This document shows, piece by piece, positions 25,735 through 36,108 of a stretch of 64,000 bases of DNA. Position numbers and translations under genes: made by a program. The notes under the pieces are model-generated. The model ran no database searches. It saw only the letters and a list, made by a program, of their open reading frames with translations, and was not told where the DNA came from. Numbering within the stretch: the stretch's first letter is position 1; the number at the start of each line of letters is the position of its first letter. The stretch spans positions 69,487-133,486 of the forward strand of contig CAWAMW010000013.1 of assembly GCA_963783305.1 (NCBI GenBank), given 5' to 3'. The stretch comes from an uncultured Gemmatimonadales bacterium. Its GTDB lineage: Bacteria > Gemmatimonadota > Gemmatimonadetes > Longimicrobiales > RSA9.

Positions 25735-27885
25735 TCAGTTCATCCGCACCTGGAGGCGGAGCGTGCGCCCCGGCTGGGGCAGTCCGCACTGGTCGTACGC
25801 ACCGGAGTCGGTGACGTTGTCGATGGCGAGCTCCACCCCCACCCGCTCCAGGCTCGCTCGGCTCCGCCCGAGGCGGAATGTGCGGGCGACCTGGACATCG
25901 GCGCGGGTGCTCGGATCGAGCTGCCTGAACTCCTCCTGCCCCGCGGACGGCGTGGCGCAGAACTGCTTGCCCATGTACTGGACCTCCGCGGCCGCATGGA
26001 TCCCGGCCGGGAGCGGCAGCGTGGCGCCCATCCCCCCGGCCACCTCCGGTTCGTACTCGGCGCGCACCCCTGCTTTCCCCGGCTGCACCACTTCCACCGA
26101 CTGGAGCGTGAGCTCCGTCTCGAGAGTGGCCCTGCCCATGGTGTAGCCCGCGATCACCTCGAGGCCGGTGCTCCGGACCTGGTCCCGGTTCACGCGCATA
26201 TACCGTGCGCTGGAGCCGGTGGGCGCCGCGCCCCTGGCGATGGCGTCGTCGATCCTCTGGTGGTATCCCACCACCTGCAGATCGTAGCCGTCGAAGCGAC
26301 CCGTGAATCCGCCCTCGACTGCCGATAGGATCTCGGGGCGCAGCGCGGGGTTCGGCTCGAAGCGGCCGAGCGCCGACGAGTACATCTCCCGGAGTGCCGG
26401 AAACCGGCCCCGTCGGCTGAGGGCCGCGTGGAAGAGCAGCCCCTGGGAGGCCGACGCGCTCGCCCCCAGGCGACCTCCCCATTCGGTCATTGTGGGGCCG
26501 GCGCCCGAGACATCGGGTCCCGCGTCCGGTGTGGCGGCCCCGTCCCACACCACGCCACCGCTTATGCGGCCGCCCACCAGCGGACCGAAATCGATGGGAA
26601 GAGGCAGGTCGACCTCGGAACCCAGGCTCCAGAGCCGCTGCCGGTAGGCACCGGGGATCGCCTCGGGGGCATCTCCGGTCAGCCCGACGGTGATGACCTC
26701 GTCATGACGGATGTCCGCGAAGGTCGCCGCGGCGGCCACCGTGACGTCTCCCACCACCTGCCTGCCGCGCGTCCGCAGTGTGACCGTCCGATCCTCCGAG
26801 CTCTCGGTCTCCTGGAGGGTGCGGAAGAACGCGGCGGGTGCGAGAGCGGGGTCGTCCGGCGTCGGCGGGAGGGCGAAGTCCTGGATCTCGGTCGAGCCGC
26901 GATCGATCCCCAGATTGAGGTCGAGCTGGGCGGTCCCGAACGCGTTCTCGAGGTCTTCCACGCCCGCCGCGACGACGGCGATCATTCTGGATATGTCCGG
27001 GTAGCGCCACAGTCGCGGCCCATCGCTGTCCAGCTCCGGCGGTACTCCTCTGGTCGCGTCGTAGCCGGAGACCGTCGCGGAGATCCAGCCGCCGCCCCGG
27101 GGAGCAAAGCGTGCGTTGAGGAAGCCGTCGGTGTGGGTGAGATCGCTGTTCACGCGGAGGTCCCCACTGCCGAGGGCGGGGTACAGCGCATCCGGATCCG
27201 CGGATGCGACCAGCCCATCGTGCTGGCGGTGGCCGATTCCCCCGCGGACCACGAGCTCGCCCGGCTCCCTGTCCAGCCGGGTGGCGCTCAAGACGCCGAC
27301 CGAGTAGCCGCCGGTCTGATCGATACCGAAGGCGCCCTGGAGCGGCTCCACCTTCACCAGCGGCTCCGAGCCCATGGCGATCTCCACCACGCCACCCAGC
27401 ACGTTCGGGCCGTACAGTACGCTGGACATCCCGCGCACCAGCCGTACGCTCTGCGCGGCCGTCATGGGGATCACCGAGAGGTCGGTGCGGTGGTCCCAGC
27501 CGAGGGTGAGTGGGACGCCGTCGAGAAGGATGGCGATCTGGCGCTCTTCCGCTCCCCGGAGCGCCAGCTGGGCCTCACCCCGGCTGTTCGTGCGGACCTG
27601 GACCAGCGGGAGCTCCCTGAGCACGTGCTCCAGAAGCGGCGCGGGCCGGAGACGGACGGAGTCCATGCGCACCGTGATCGCGCTCACGCCGCCACTGGTG
27701 GCCGTGGGACGGACGGCGCGGACCGAGAGCGGCTCGATTTCGTACACCGTGTCCCGGCGGAGCGTGTCGGGGGCCTGTGCGTGGAGATGGTGCGGAGCAG
27801 AGACGAGCACGAGAGCCAGGCCCAGGGCGACCGCGAGGGCGGTGGCGAGAGCGCGAGCGGTGCTGATCTGAAAGGTATCGGTCAT
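25735..27885 (-). CDS. TonB-dependent outer-membrane receptor
   Basis: Plug motifs LRGAEERQIAILLDGVPL and VRGMSSVLYGPNVLGGVV; barrel motifs PNPALRPE, IDNVTD, PGRTLRLQVR. Confidence 0.9.
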   Translation of the reverse strand: MTDTFQISTARALATALAVALGLALVLVSAPHHLHAQAPDTLRRDTVYEIEPLSVRAVRPTATSGGVSAITVRMDSVRLRPAPLLEHVLRELPLVQVRTNSRGEAQLALRGAEERQIAILLDGVPLTLGWDHRTDLSVIPMTAAQSVRLVRGMSSVLYGPNVLGGVVEIAMGSEPLVKVEPLQGAFGIDQTGGYSVGVLSATRLDREPGELVVRGGIGHRQHDGLVASADPDALYPALGSGDLRVNSDLTHTDGFLNARFAPRGGGWISATVSGYDATRGVPPELDSDGPRLWRYPDISRMIAVVAAGVEDLENAFGTAQLDLNLGIDRGSTEIQDFALPPTPDDPALAPAAFFRTLQETESSEDRTVTLRTRGRQVVGDVTVAAAATFADIRHDEVITVGLTGDAPEAIPGAYRQRLWSLGSEVDLPLPIDFGPLVGGRISGGVVWDGAATPDAGPDVSGAGPTMTEWGGRLGASASASQGLLFHAALSRRGRFPALREMYSSALGRFEPNPALRPEILSAVEGGFTGRFDGYDLQVVGYHQRIDDAIARGAAPTGSSARYMRVNRDQVRSTGLEVIAGYTMGRATLETELTLQSVEVVQPGKAGVRAEYEPEVAGGMGATLPLPAGIHAAAEVQYMGKQFCATPSAGQEEFRQLDPSTRADVQVARTFRLGRSRASLERVGVELAIDNVTDSGAYDQCGLPQPGRTLRLQVRMN

Positions 27886-27976
27886 TGGCGGATCTTGAGT
27901 TCGTCGTCGGGCGGAACTCTGACGATACCATGGCTCGCTGTCAAATGGTCCGGAACCGGTCGGTGCCGCGCCCCCC

Positions 27977-30910
27977 TCAGAAGATATTCTTCGCCTCGAG
28001 GAGGCGAACAAGGGGGCGGTAGAGGACCTTGTTTACGCGGTACTCGCCCTGACTGGAGGGGAAGATGAGGTGCGCATCGACGAGGGCGGCGAGCTGGAGC
28101 CGGCTCTCGGCGTGGTCGAGCTGGAAGATCCGGCGGTGCTCCTCTTCCGAGAGGCCGCCGTGGAGGATGATCCCGGCTATGGTGTGGATGGACGCGAGGG
28201 GTAGCCGCTCGAGGAAGTCCAGGGCGATGACCTCGGGGGTGCGGAGCACCAGGACGTGGTCTTCGACCCGATCGACGGAGCGGAGCCAGTGGAAGAGACC
28301 CAGAAAGATGTTTCCGTCGGCGATCTGGTTTAGTTGGCGGAAGAAGGTCTTCCGCTCGAGTTCGCGGCGAGTGAGCTCGCCCTGGGGCTCGTTCCTGCGG
28401 AGGCGCTTCCACCACGTCGGCGCCGCCAGCCCGTCTTCTTCCAACTCGAAGCGCAGCCCGAAGCCGCTGACGTCGTGGCGGGACATGATGGCGCGCTCGA
28501 GCCGAGCGGCCGAGAGGTTGGTGGTCTTGATGGTATGGGTGAAGTGGAGGGCGATGCCCTGCACATGGTCGAGGTAGCGCCATGCGTGCTCATCGCTGGT
28601 GACCACCCAGAGGACGTCTTCGCGCGTGGCCGCCATCAAGTTTAGGAAGGCCTCGACGGCGGCGAACCCGCCGAGCGCCCGAAGGAACATGGTCTGGGCG
28701 TCCTCGACCACGATGACCGTGCGGCCAAGCTTCTGGATCGACGCGGTCAGCTCCCCCCACGACTGGCCGGGCACATCGAGCCCAGCCGCGATTCGCCCGG
28801 CCAGGTCATGGGAGCTCCGGCCGGTGCTCGCCAGAGGAACGGTCCGGACTGTCACGTCGCCGAGGAGCTGGCGAGAGGCCATGCGCAGGAGGGTGGTCTT
28901 CCCACTTCCCTTCTCGCCCACGACGGCCACGCTCGCCGACTGTCCCCGACCCCACCGGTCGAGAGCCCGGCGGAGAGTATCGATCTCGTCGTCGCGGGCA
29001 ACCAGGAGCTCTTCCCACGGGACCTCCCCTTCCACATCGAAGAGCTGTCGGTAGAGACCCGGGACACGGATCCGGTGTCGGTCCTCGCCCAGCAGCGACT
29101 CTTCCAGCGACTCCAGCATCTCCTCGCGCTCGACCGTACCGACGCCCAGCCGGCGCTGCGCCCACTCCTGCGTGCGCTCGAACGTCCGTCGACCTGCGGA
29201 CCAGCCCCGCCGGGAAAGCGCGAGTCCGCTGCCCACGAGGCGTCGGGCCGCCGCGGCCCCGGTCGACAACCGTCGGACCGCCTCCTCCTCCGCGATGTCG
29301 GAACGGATACGGAGAAACTCCCGGTCGGCCACGGCCCGACGGACGTCGTTCGATTCGGCAGTGCTCCTGCGCTCCAGCTCCGGGATCGCGCGCTCGACGG
29401 GATCGAGGGCTTCCAGACGGAGGTCCGCGATCTGGGACGCCGAACGTTCCATGATCCCGACCACCAGCTCCGCGGCCTCCTCCGGGTTGAACGTGCCCTG
29501 GAGCGGCGCACGGATGTGAAAATCGACCGCGTTCCGGACCCGCCCCAGCTCCTTCCGGAGCGCCTGGATCTCGTCGGCGGTGGCGGCCAGTGTCCGCTCG
29601 ACCCAGCGGGGAAGGGCGCCCCGGCAACTGGCCGCGAGCAGCTCCGCCAGCGGAGCTTCGCGGAGATCCAGGCGGACGGGCTGCTCCGGCACCCGGAGGA
29701 TGCGACGCTCCGAGATCCGCAGGTCAGCGGGGACCGTCTCCGGGATCCGGTCCAGCGCGGCGACAAAGGCCGCGGCCACGTCCGCCAGCTCTTCCGCCAG
29801 ACGATCGAGGTGCGGCAACTCCAGCTGGAACAGCTCCTCCGCCTCGGCTCGGAGCGCCTCCACGGCCTCGGGATCGGAAGACCGTCGAACGTCCTCCAGC
29901 TCCAACCGAGCCTCGGCCGCCCGGGCGAGCGCCGAGAGGCCGGCGGCCAGCCGGTCGAGCGGGTCCCGCGCGTGCTCGTCCAGCGCCGCCCCGAGCTCCA
30001 GGACGGCCCGGGCCGAAGCCGCCTCCAGAGCGGCGAGCGCGCCGGCCAGCGCGGCCTCCGACGTGGTGTTGGCGTGGAGGGCGGCCTCGAACGACTCCCA
30101 CTCCGTGACCAGACGTCCACGGCGCTCGGCTCCCCGCTCGACCATCCCCTCCGCCTGGTGCTCTCGGATGTGGACGGCAGGGGCGGCGAACGCCCGGGCC
30201 AGTCCATCCTCGATATCGGCGAGGGCTCCGTCGAGCTCGGCCTCTGCCGCCGCGAGGGTGGCGGTGATCGGGTCCGACGAGTCGGCGGTCAGGACGGGGT
30301 CTTCGGCCTGCCCCGGGGGGTCGACGCGCCGGTGGAACTCCGCCCGGATGGCCGCCAGCGCCACACTGTCCAGGCTGGCAGCGAGGCTGACCATCGGCTC
30401 GAGCCGGATTCCGAGCTGGGCCAGGTAGACCCGGACCAGCGCCCCGGCCGGGATCTCCCGCGGCTTCGAACTCCGGAGGGATCCGCCCAGGCGCTGCCCC
30501 AGGAGCGGCCGGATGAACGCATCCGGCGCCGGACCACCCGTCGCCACAGGCTCGAGTGTGATCGTGTCCGGGACCTCCACCCGGGTGTCGGGGAGGCCGT
30601 CGACGATGGACAGCAGCCTGGCCCGCGCTCGATCGGCGGGGTCGAGCAGGTCGGGTCTGAAGCTGGCCGTGAAACGGTCGACGTACGCGAGCCGCTCCCG
30701 TGGCAAAAGTCCGGCGCGGGCGTCCGCCGCGCCTCCAGTGGGCTCGTCGCCTGTTTCCGTGCGTGGCCGTGGCCCGGGCTCCTCGGCGAGGGCGGCCATG
30801 TCCCGAAGTATGCTCCGCAGTGCGTCACCGTACTCCCCGAGCGCCTGGCGGAGCGGCTGGCGAGCGGCCTCTTCGAGAGCGGTGGAGAAGCGGGACTGGA
30901 TGTCGCTCAC
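27977..30910 (-). CDS. large protein with a helical N-terminus and C-terminal P-loop ATPase plus probable winged helix
   Basis: Walker A GEKGSGKTT and Walker B IVVEDAQ. GTG start overlaps the mscS stop (GTGA); the ORF-track extension to 31558 is shadow sequence. Confidence 0.8.
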   Translation of the reverse strand: MSDIQSRFSTALEEAARQPLRQALGEYGDALRSILRDMAALAEEPGPRPRTETGDEPTGGAADARAGLLPRERLAYVDRFTASFRPDLLDPADRARARLLSIVDGLPDTRVEVPDTITLEPVATGGPAPDAFIRPLLGQRLGGSLRSSKPREIPAGALVRVYLAQLGIRLEPMVSLAASLDSVALAAIRAEFHRRVDPPGQAEDPVLTADSSDPITATLAAAEAELDGALADIEDGLARAFAAPAVHIREHQAEGMVERGAERRGRLVTEWESFEAALHANTTSEAALAGALAALEAASARAVLELGAALDEHARDPLDRLAAGLSALARAAEARLELEDVRRSSDPEAVEALRAEAEELFQLELPHLDRLAEELADVAAAFVAALDRIPETVPADLRISERRILRVPEQPVRLDLREAPLAELLAASCRGALPRWVERTLAATADEIQALRKELGRVRNAVDFHIRAPLQGTFNPEEAAELVVGIMERSASQIADLRLEALDPVERAIPELERRSTAESNDVRRAVADREFLRIRSDIAEEEAVRRLSTGAAAARRLVGSGLALSRRGWSAGRRTFERTQEWAQRRLGVGTVEREEMLESLEESLLGEDRHRIRVPGLYRQLFDVEGEVPWEELLVARDDEIDTLRRALDRWGRGQSASVAVVGEKGSGKTTLLRMASRQLLGDVTVRTVPLASTGRSSHDLAGRIAAGLDVPGQSWGELTASIQKLGRTVIVVEDAQTMFLRALGGFAAVEAFLNLMAATREDVLWVVTSDEHAWRYLDHVQGIALHFTHTIKTTNLSAARLERAIMSRHDVSGFGLRFELEEDGLAAPTWWKRLRRNEPQGELTRRELERKTFFRQLNQIADGNIFLGLFHWLRSVDRVEDHVLVLRTPEVIALDFLERLPLASIHTIAGIILHGGLSEEEHRRIFQLDHAESRLQLAALVDAHLIFPSSQGEYRVNKVLYRPLVRLLEAKNIF

Positions 30911-31830
30911 GCGGACTCCGACGTGGCTGCAGGTCGGGTCCGGCGCATCCCGGCCATGTCGTCGTCGGAAATGAGGCCGGCGTCCATGAGCCCCCGCTTG
31001 GCCCGGGCGGAGACATCGGCGAGGAAGAGGGTCTCGAGCCGGTGGTCGTAGACGTATGCGCGGATGAAGACCCGTGTGAGGAACCGGTTCCCGGCGATCT
31101 CCTCCCGGGTCTCGATGGTGACCGGCTTGGCGGCGTAGACGAACGGCGAAGTGATGGCCGCCTCCCGGGCAATGCGCCGGAGGGCGAGGGGATCGCTGAA
31201 GGACGGGACGGTGAGCTGCACCACGACCATGCAGTCGAGGGCACCGGAGTTGGCGTTCAGGACCGGCTGGCTCACCACCTCGGCGTTGGGGACGGCCACG
31301 AGAGTGTCGTCCCGGGTCCGGAGCAGGGTGGCGCGCAGCCCGATCCCCACCACCTCCCCATGGTGGTCCCCGATGTCGATGAGGTCGCCCACCTGGAACG
31401 GCCGGTCCAGGAGGATGACCAGGCCGCCGAAGACATTCTTGAGCACGTCCTGAGCGGCGAAGCCCACGCCGACGCCAATGGTGGCCCAGAGCGCGATCAG
31501 CGATTCCCGGGACGGCTGGACGATTCCCGCGACGATGACGTAGATCGCCATGATCCACAGGGAGATCCGGGCAACGGCAACGAACTGGAGGAGGAGGGGG
31601 CGGTGTCGCGGGAGACGAGTGGCCATTGCCTCCAGGACGAACTTGGCCAGCTTGATGACGTGGAACGTCACCACCAGCACCACGATCATCCAGAGGATAT
31701 CGGACCCGGAGATCACGGCCCCGATCTGCTCCGCGCGGTCACGCACCTCGTCGAGGGCGTCCGACACCTGCTGGAGCACAGCGAGAGCGGGAAGACCGGC
31801 GGCAGCGAAGATCGGGGGCATGACCATCAT
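30907..31830 (-). CDS. MscS-family mechanosensitive channel
   Basis: GVGVGFAAQDVLKNVFGGLVILLDRPFQVGDLI..GEVVGIGLRAT..VPN. Confidence 0.92.
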   Translation of the reverse strand: MMVMPPIFAAAGLPALAVLQQVSDALDEVRDRAEQIGAVISGSDILWMIVVLVVTFHVIKLAKFVLEAMATRLPRHRPLLLQFVAVARISLWIMAIYVIVAGIVQPSRESLIALWATIGVGVGFAAQDVLKNVFGGLVILLDRPFQVGDLIDIGDHHGEVVGIGLRATLLRTRDDTLVAVPNAEVVSQPVLNANSGALDCMVVVQLTVPSFSDPLALRRIAREAAITSPFVYAAKPVTIETREEIAGNRFLTRVFIRAYVYDHRLETLFLADVSARAKRGLMDAGLISDDDMAGMRRTRPAATSESA

Positions 31831-31892
31831 CTTGCAGTGCCACCCACCGCCGCGCCAGCTTCGCGCCCGTCCGGACCCCGATCACGCACTGC

Positions 31893-33182
31893 CTACCCGC
31901 GCTTCGTTCGCCCCTTCAGGAAGTCGCGCATGACGTACTGTCCGAGTGTCATGGTGCTGGTGAAGTAGGCTCGGCCGCGAGCCATGCGGCCCACCCGGGC
32001 CACGAACTCGACCAGCGCCGGGTCGCGCGCCAGCATGAACGTGTTGATCACGATCCCGCTCTTCCGGCACGCGGCGACCTCCCGGAACGTCTCGCGGAGC
32101 ACGAACGGGTCGAGGCCCGCCGGGTTCTTGTAGACGCGGCCATCGGGCATGGTCACCGCGCTGGGCTTCCCATCGGTGATCATGATGATCTGCTGCATGT
32201 CCTTCTTCTGCCCGCGCAGCATGCGTCTCGCGAGCTTCAGGCCCTCGGCCGTGTTGGTGTGATAGGGGCCGACCTGTGTGCGGGCGATGCCCTTCAGCGG
32301 CACCTCCTGCGCCCGGTCACCGAAGGTGAGGACGCGCAGCGTATCCCCGGGGTACTGGGTCCGGATCAGGTGGCTCAGCGCCAGCGCCACCTTCTTGGCG
32401 GGCCCGAACCGATCCTCGCCATAGAGGATCATGGAGTGGCTGATATCCAGCATGAGCACCGTGGCGCACGAGCTCCGGTGCTCGGCCTGGTGGACCATGA
32501 GGTCGCTGTGGCGCAGGTCGAGCGGGAGAGTGAGCCCCTCCCGGGCGATGGCGTTCTTGAGCGTGGCCGGGATGTCCAGGTTCATGGTATCACCGAACCG
32601 GTACCGCCTGGACGCGGCTTCCGCCTCGATCCCGGTGGAGAGGTGCGCGGTCTCATGAGCGCCGATGCTGGACCGGCCCAGGCCACCGAGCAGGTCGCGC
32701 AGCGTGCGGTATCCCAGGAAGTCCAGCCCCTTGCCCGTGAGGTTGAACTCGACCTGGCGGGCCGCATCGGCGGCATCGTCGGTCCGGCCCTTCCCCTCCA
32801 TCTCCTGGAACGACGACGGCATGCCCGTCCCCTCGTCGAGACTCAGGTAGCCTTCCTCCACCATCCGCTTCACCAGCTCGTCCAGCAGCGCCGCGATCTT
32901 CTCCCGGGTCTCCTCCGACCCCTCGCCCTCTCCCCGCAGCTCCTCCAGCATCTCCGGCGTGAGCTGACCGCTCTCGATCAGAGCCCGGAGCAGCGCATCC
33001 TTCAGCGCGTCCAGCGACCGGTCCCCGGACTCCGGCTGGTCCCATGACCACCACGGCTGGTCCTCCGGCCCGCCGGCGAAGCCCGCCTGAAGGAGGAAAT
33101 CGCTCAACTGCTCGAGCAGCGACTCCAGGTTCAGGGCGTCGAGCCAGCTGCCCTTGTACTTGCTGTAGGTCGTGAAGCGCAT
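31893..33182 (-). CDS. VWA (MIDAS) domain protein
   Basis: LMLDISHSM (DxSxS), HTNTAEGL, MITDGKPSA. Confidence 0.88.
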   Translation of the reverse strand: MRFTTYSKYKGSWLDALNLESLLEQLSDFLLQAGFAGGPEDQPWWSWDQPESGDRSLDALKDALLRALIESGQLTPEMLEELRGEGEGSEETREKIAALLDELVKRMVEEGYLSLDEGTGMPSSFQEMEGKGRTDDAADAARQVEFNLTGKGLDFLGYRTLRDLLGGLGRSSIGAHETAHLSTGIEAEAASRRYRFGDTMNLDIPATLKNAIAREGLTLPLDLRHSDLMVHQAEHRSSCATVLMLDISHSMILYGEDRFGPAKKVALALSHLIRTQYPGDTLRVLTFGDRAQEVPLKGIARTQVGPYHTNTAEGLKLARRMLRGQKKDMQQIIMITDGKPSAVTMPDGRVYKNPAGLDPFVLRETFREVAACRKSGIVINTFMLARDPALVEFVARVGRMARGRAYFTSTMTLGQYVMRDFLKGRTKRG

Positions 33183-33449
33183 GGCGGTGGCTCCGGTGTA
33201 GGGGGTACCGGAAGTTCTACCCTTACGGCGCTGTGATCAAGCCATCCGGTCCCGGGCAGGTGGAAGCCGGAGGGGAGTCGTCACCAGGGCAGGGCGCCAG
33301 GCCGGCGTCGATTCGCGACCAGCGCCGCCTCTCCCCGGAGGCTCCGCCCTGGCGCACCAGGGCGCACGCTCTGGAGAGCGGCCCGCCAACCTGTTACCGT
33401 GACGGGTGCACCGTGATCCGCGTCCCCCGTCCCGACCCTGGAGGCAAGT

Positions 33450-36104
33450 ATGAAGCGTGCCCGCGATCCCATTGTCGTACCGGCCGTGCTCCTGATGGCC
33501 CTGGTCCTGTCGGCGTGCGCGGTGGCCTCCACGGATGCTGGCCCCGCTGAGGCGGCGCCTGTCCCGTCCGCCCCCGAGTACGACGTGGTCATTCGCGGGG
33601 GGGTGGTGTACGACGGGACGGGCGCGGCCGGGGTGGTGGCGGACGTGGGGGTGCGAGGCGACCGGATCGTCGCCGTGGGCGACCTGGGTGAGGCGCGAGG
33701 GGCGGAAGAGCTCGATGCCGCGGGGCTCGCCGTGGCGCCGGGGTTCATCAACATGCTGAGCTGGGCGACGGAGTCGCTGATCGAGGACGGTCGGTCGCAG
33801 GGCGACATCCGGCAGGGCGTGACGCTGGAGGTGTTCGGCGAGGGGTGGTCGATGGGACCGCTGTCGGACACGATGAAGACGGTGGAGCGGGCGCAGCAGG
33901 GCGATATCCGGTACGACATCGAGTGGACCACGCTGGGGGAGTACCTGGAGCACCTGGAGCGGAGGGGCATCTCGACGAACGTGGCCTCGTTCGTGGGCGC
34001 GACCACCGTCCGCATCCACGAGGTGGGGCAGGAAGACCGGGCCCCCACACCGGCGGAGCTGGAGCGGATGCGGAGTCTGGTCCGGGAGGCGATGCGGGAG
34101 GGCGCGCTGGGGGTCGGGTCGTCGCTCATCTACGCGCCGGCGTTCTACGCGGAGACCGACGAGCTCATCGCGCTGGCGGAAGAGGCGGGCCGGTACGGCG
34201 GGATGTACATCTCGCACCTGCGCAGCGAAGGCAACGGGCTCCTGAAGGCGGTGGACGAGCTGATCACCATCGCCCGTGAGGCCGGGGTGCCGGCGGAGAT
34301 CTACCACCTGAAGCAGGCCGGTACGGACAACTGGCCGAAGCTGGACTCGGTGATCGCGCGGGTGGAAGCGGCGCGGGCGGAGGGGCTGCGGATCACCACC
34401 GACATGTACACCTACACGGCGGGTGCGACGGGGCTGGACGCGGCGATGCCGCCATGGGTGCAGGAGGGCGGCCTGGAGGAGTGGCGGCGGAGGCTCCAGG
34501 ACCCGGAGATCCGCGCCCGCGTGCTGCGGGAGATGCGCACCCCGACCGACGAGTGGGAGAGCCTCTACCTCCTCGCCGGCTCCCCGGAGCGGGTGCTCCT
34601 CGTGGGTTTCCGACAGGACTCGCTGAAGTACCTGACGGGGAAGAGCATCGCCGAGGTCGCGGCCATGCGTGGGACCTCGCCCGAGGAGGTGGCCATGGAC
34701 CTGGTGGTCCAGGACGACAGCCGCGTGGGCACCGTGTACTTCCTCATGTCGGAGGAGAACGTCGCCCGGCAGGTCGCGCTGCCCTGGATGAGCTTCGGGT
34801 CCGACGCCGGGTCCCTCACCACCGAAGGCGTCTTCCTGGGCTCCAACCCGCACCCGCGGGCGTACGGCAACTTCGCCCGGCTCCTCGGCCGCTACGTGCG
34901 GGAGCAGCGGGTGATCCCACTGGAGGAAGCGGTGCGGAAGCTCACATCCCTGCCCGCCCGGAACCTGGCGCTCCGCGATCGGGGCGAGCTGCGGCCCGGG
35001 TTCTTCGCGGACATCGTGGTGTTCGACCCCGCTACGATCACCGACCACGCCACCTTCCAGGAGCCTCACCAGTACGCCACGGGTGTCCAGGACGTGTTCG
35101 TGAACGGCGTGCAGGTGCTCCGTGATGGCGAGCACACGGGAGCGCTGCCGGGGCGGGTGGTGCGGGGTCCGGGCTGGCGCGGGTGGAGTGAGAGCGCGGC
35201 GCGCCCGTCGTCGCTCGAGGCTCTGGGGCGGCGGCTGGAGGAGCGGCTCGCGGACGTGCCGGGAGAGGTGAGCGTAGCGCTGGTCGACGTGGAGACCGGT
35301 GAGCGGATCGGGATCAACGACGACGTGGTCATGCACGCCGCCAGCACCATGAAGGTGCCGGTCCTGCTGGAACTGTATCGGCAGGCGGCGGAAGGAAGAT
35401 ACTCGCTGGACGACGCGGTCGTCGTACGGGACACGTTCATCAGCATCGCGGATGGCAGCCGTTACGCGGTGGGCCGTGAGGACGACAGTGAGCAGGAGCT
35501 GTACGGGCTGATCGGGCAGGGAGTGGCGCGGGGCGAGCTGGCGCGGCGGATGATCGTCCGGTCATCGAACCTCGCCACCAACCTGCTCATCGAGGAGGTG
35601 GACGCGGCCGCGGTGCGGCGCACGCTCGAGGCGATGGGGGCCGCCGACGTGAACGTGCTCCGGGGCGTTGAGGACATCCCCGCGTACCGACGCGGGCTGA
35701 ACAACACCACCACCGCGGCTGGGCTGGCCACGGTGCTGGCGGCCCTGGCACGATGCGAGGCCGGCGACGTGGCCCCGGCGCTGCGCCCGCTGCAACCGGC
35801 CGACTGCGCCGCGATGGTGGACGTCCTGGCCGCGCAGGAGTTTGCCGAGCGCATCCCGGCGGGCGTGCCCGAGGGCGTGCGGGTGGCCAACAAGACCGGG
35901 TGGATCACCGGGATCGACCACGACTCCGCCATCATCTACCCGCCGGGGAGGGGGCCGTACGTGCTGGTGGTGCTGACGCGCGGGGTGGAAGGCGCCGGCG
36001 TGAGCGGCGCCACCATCCGGGACGTGTCGCGGCTGGCGTGGGAGGGGCTGACCGGAGCGGAATCAGGCTCCACGCCGGAGTCTCCGACCCGGCCGCGGAG
36101 GTAG
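33450..36104 (+). CDS. lipoprotein: N-acyl-D-amino-acid deacylase-family amidohydrolase fused to a class A beta-lactamase-like serine hydrolase
   Basis: Lipobox LSAC; APGFIN, SHLRSEG, YHLK, GSDA, HPRAYG.F, ADIVVFDP; C-terminal STMK, SSN, KTG. Confidence 0.85.
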   Translation: MKRARDPIVVPAVLLMALVLSACAVASTDAGPAEAAPVPSAPEYDVVIRGGVVYDGTGAAGVVADVGVRGDRIVAVGDLGEARGAEELDAAGLAVAPGFINMLSWATESLIEDGRSQGDIRQGVTLEVFGEGWSMGPLSDTMKTVERAQQGDIRYDIEWTTLGEYLEHLERRGISTNVASFVGATTVRIHEVGQEDRAPTPAELERMRSLVREAMREGALGVGSSLIYAPAFYAETDELIALAEEAGRYGGMYISHLRSEGNGLLKAVDELITIAREAGVPAEIYHLKQAGTDNWPKLDSVIARVEAARAEGLRITTDMYTYTAGATGLDAAMPPWVQEGGLEEWRRRLQDPEIRARVLREMRTPTDEWESLYLLAGSPERVLLVGFRQDSLKYLTGKSIAEVAAMRGTSPEEVAMDLVVQDDSRVGTVYFLMSEENVARQVALPWMSFGSDAGSLTTEGVFLGSNPHPRAYGNFARLLGRYVREQRVIPLEEAVRKLTSLPARNLALRDRGELRPGFFADIVVFDPATITDHATFQEPHQYATGVQDVFVNGVQVLRDGEHTGALPGRVVRGPGWRGWSESAARPSSLEALGRRLEERLADVPGEVSVALVDVETGERIGINDDVVMHAASTMKVPVLLELYRQAAEGRYSLDDAVVVRDTFISIADGSRYAVGREDDSEQELYGLIGQGVARGELARRMIVRSSNLATNLLIEEVDAAAVRRTLEAMGAADVNVLRGVEDIPAYRRGLNNTTTAAGLATVLAALARCEAGDVAPALRPLQPADCAAMVDVLAAQEFAERIPAGVPEGVRVANKTGWITGIDHDSAIIYPPGRGPYVLVVLTRGVEGAGVSGATIRDVSRLAWEGLTGAESGSTPESPTRPRR

Positions 36105-36108
36105 CCGG

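Noticed and set aside
27977-31558. 1193-aa ORF call for the ATPase
   Set aside because: The first ~215 residues are off-frame shadow of mscS; the real start is the GTG at 30910 overlapping the mscS stop.
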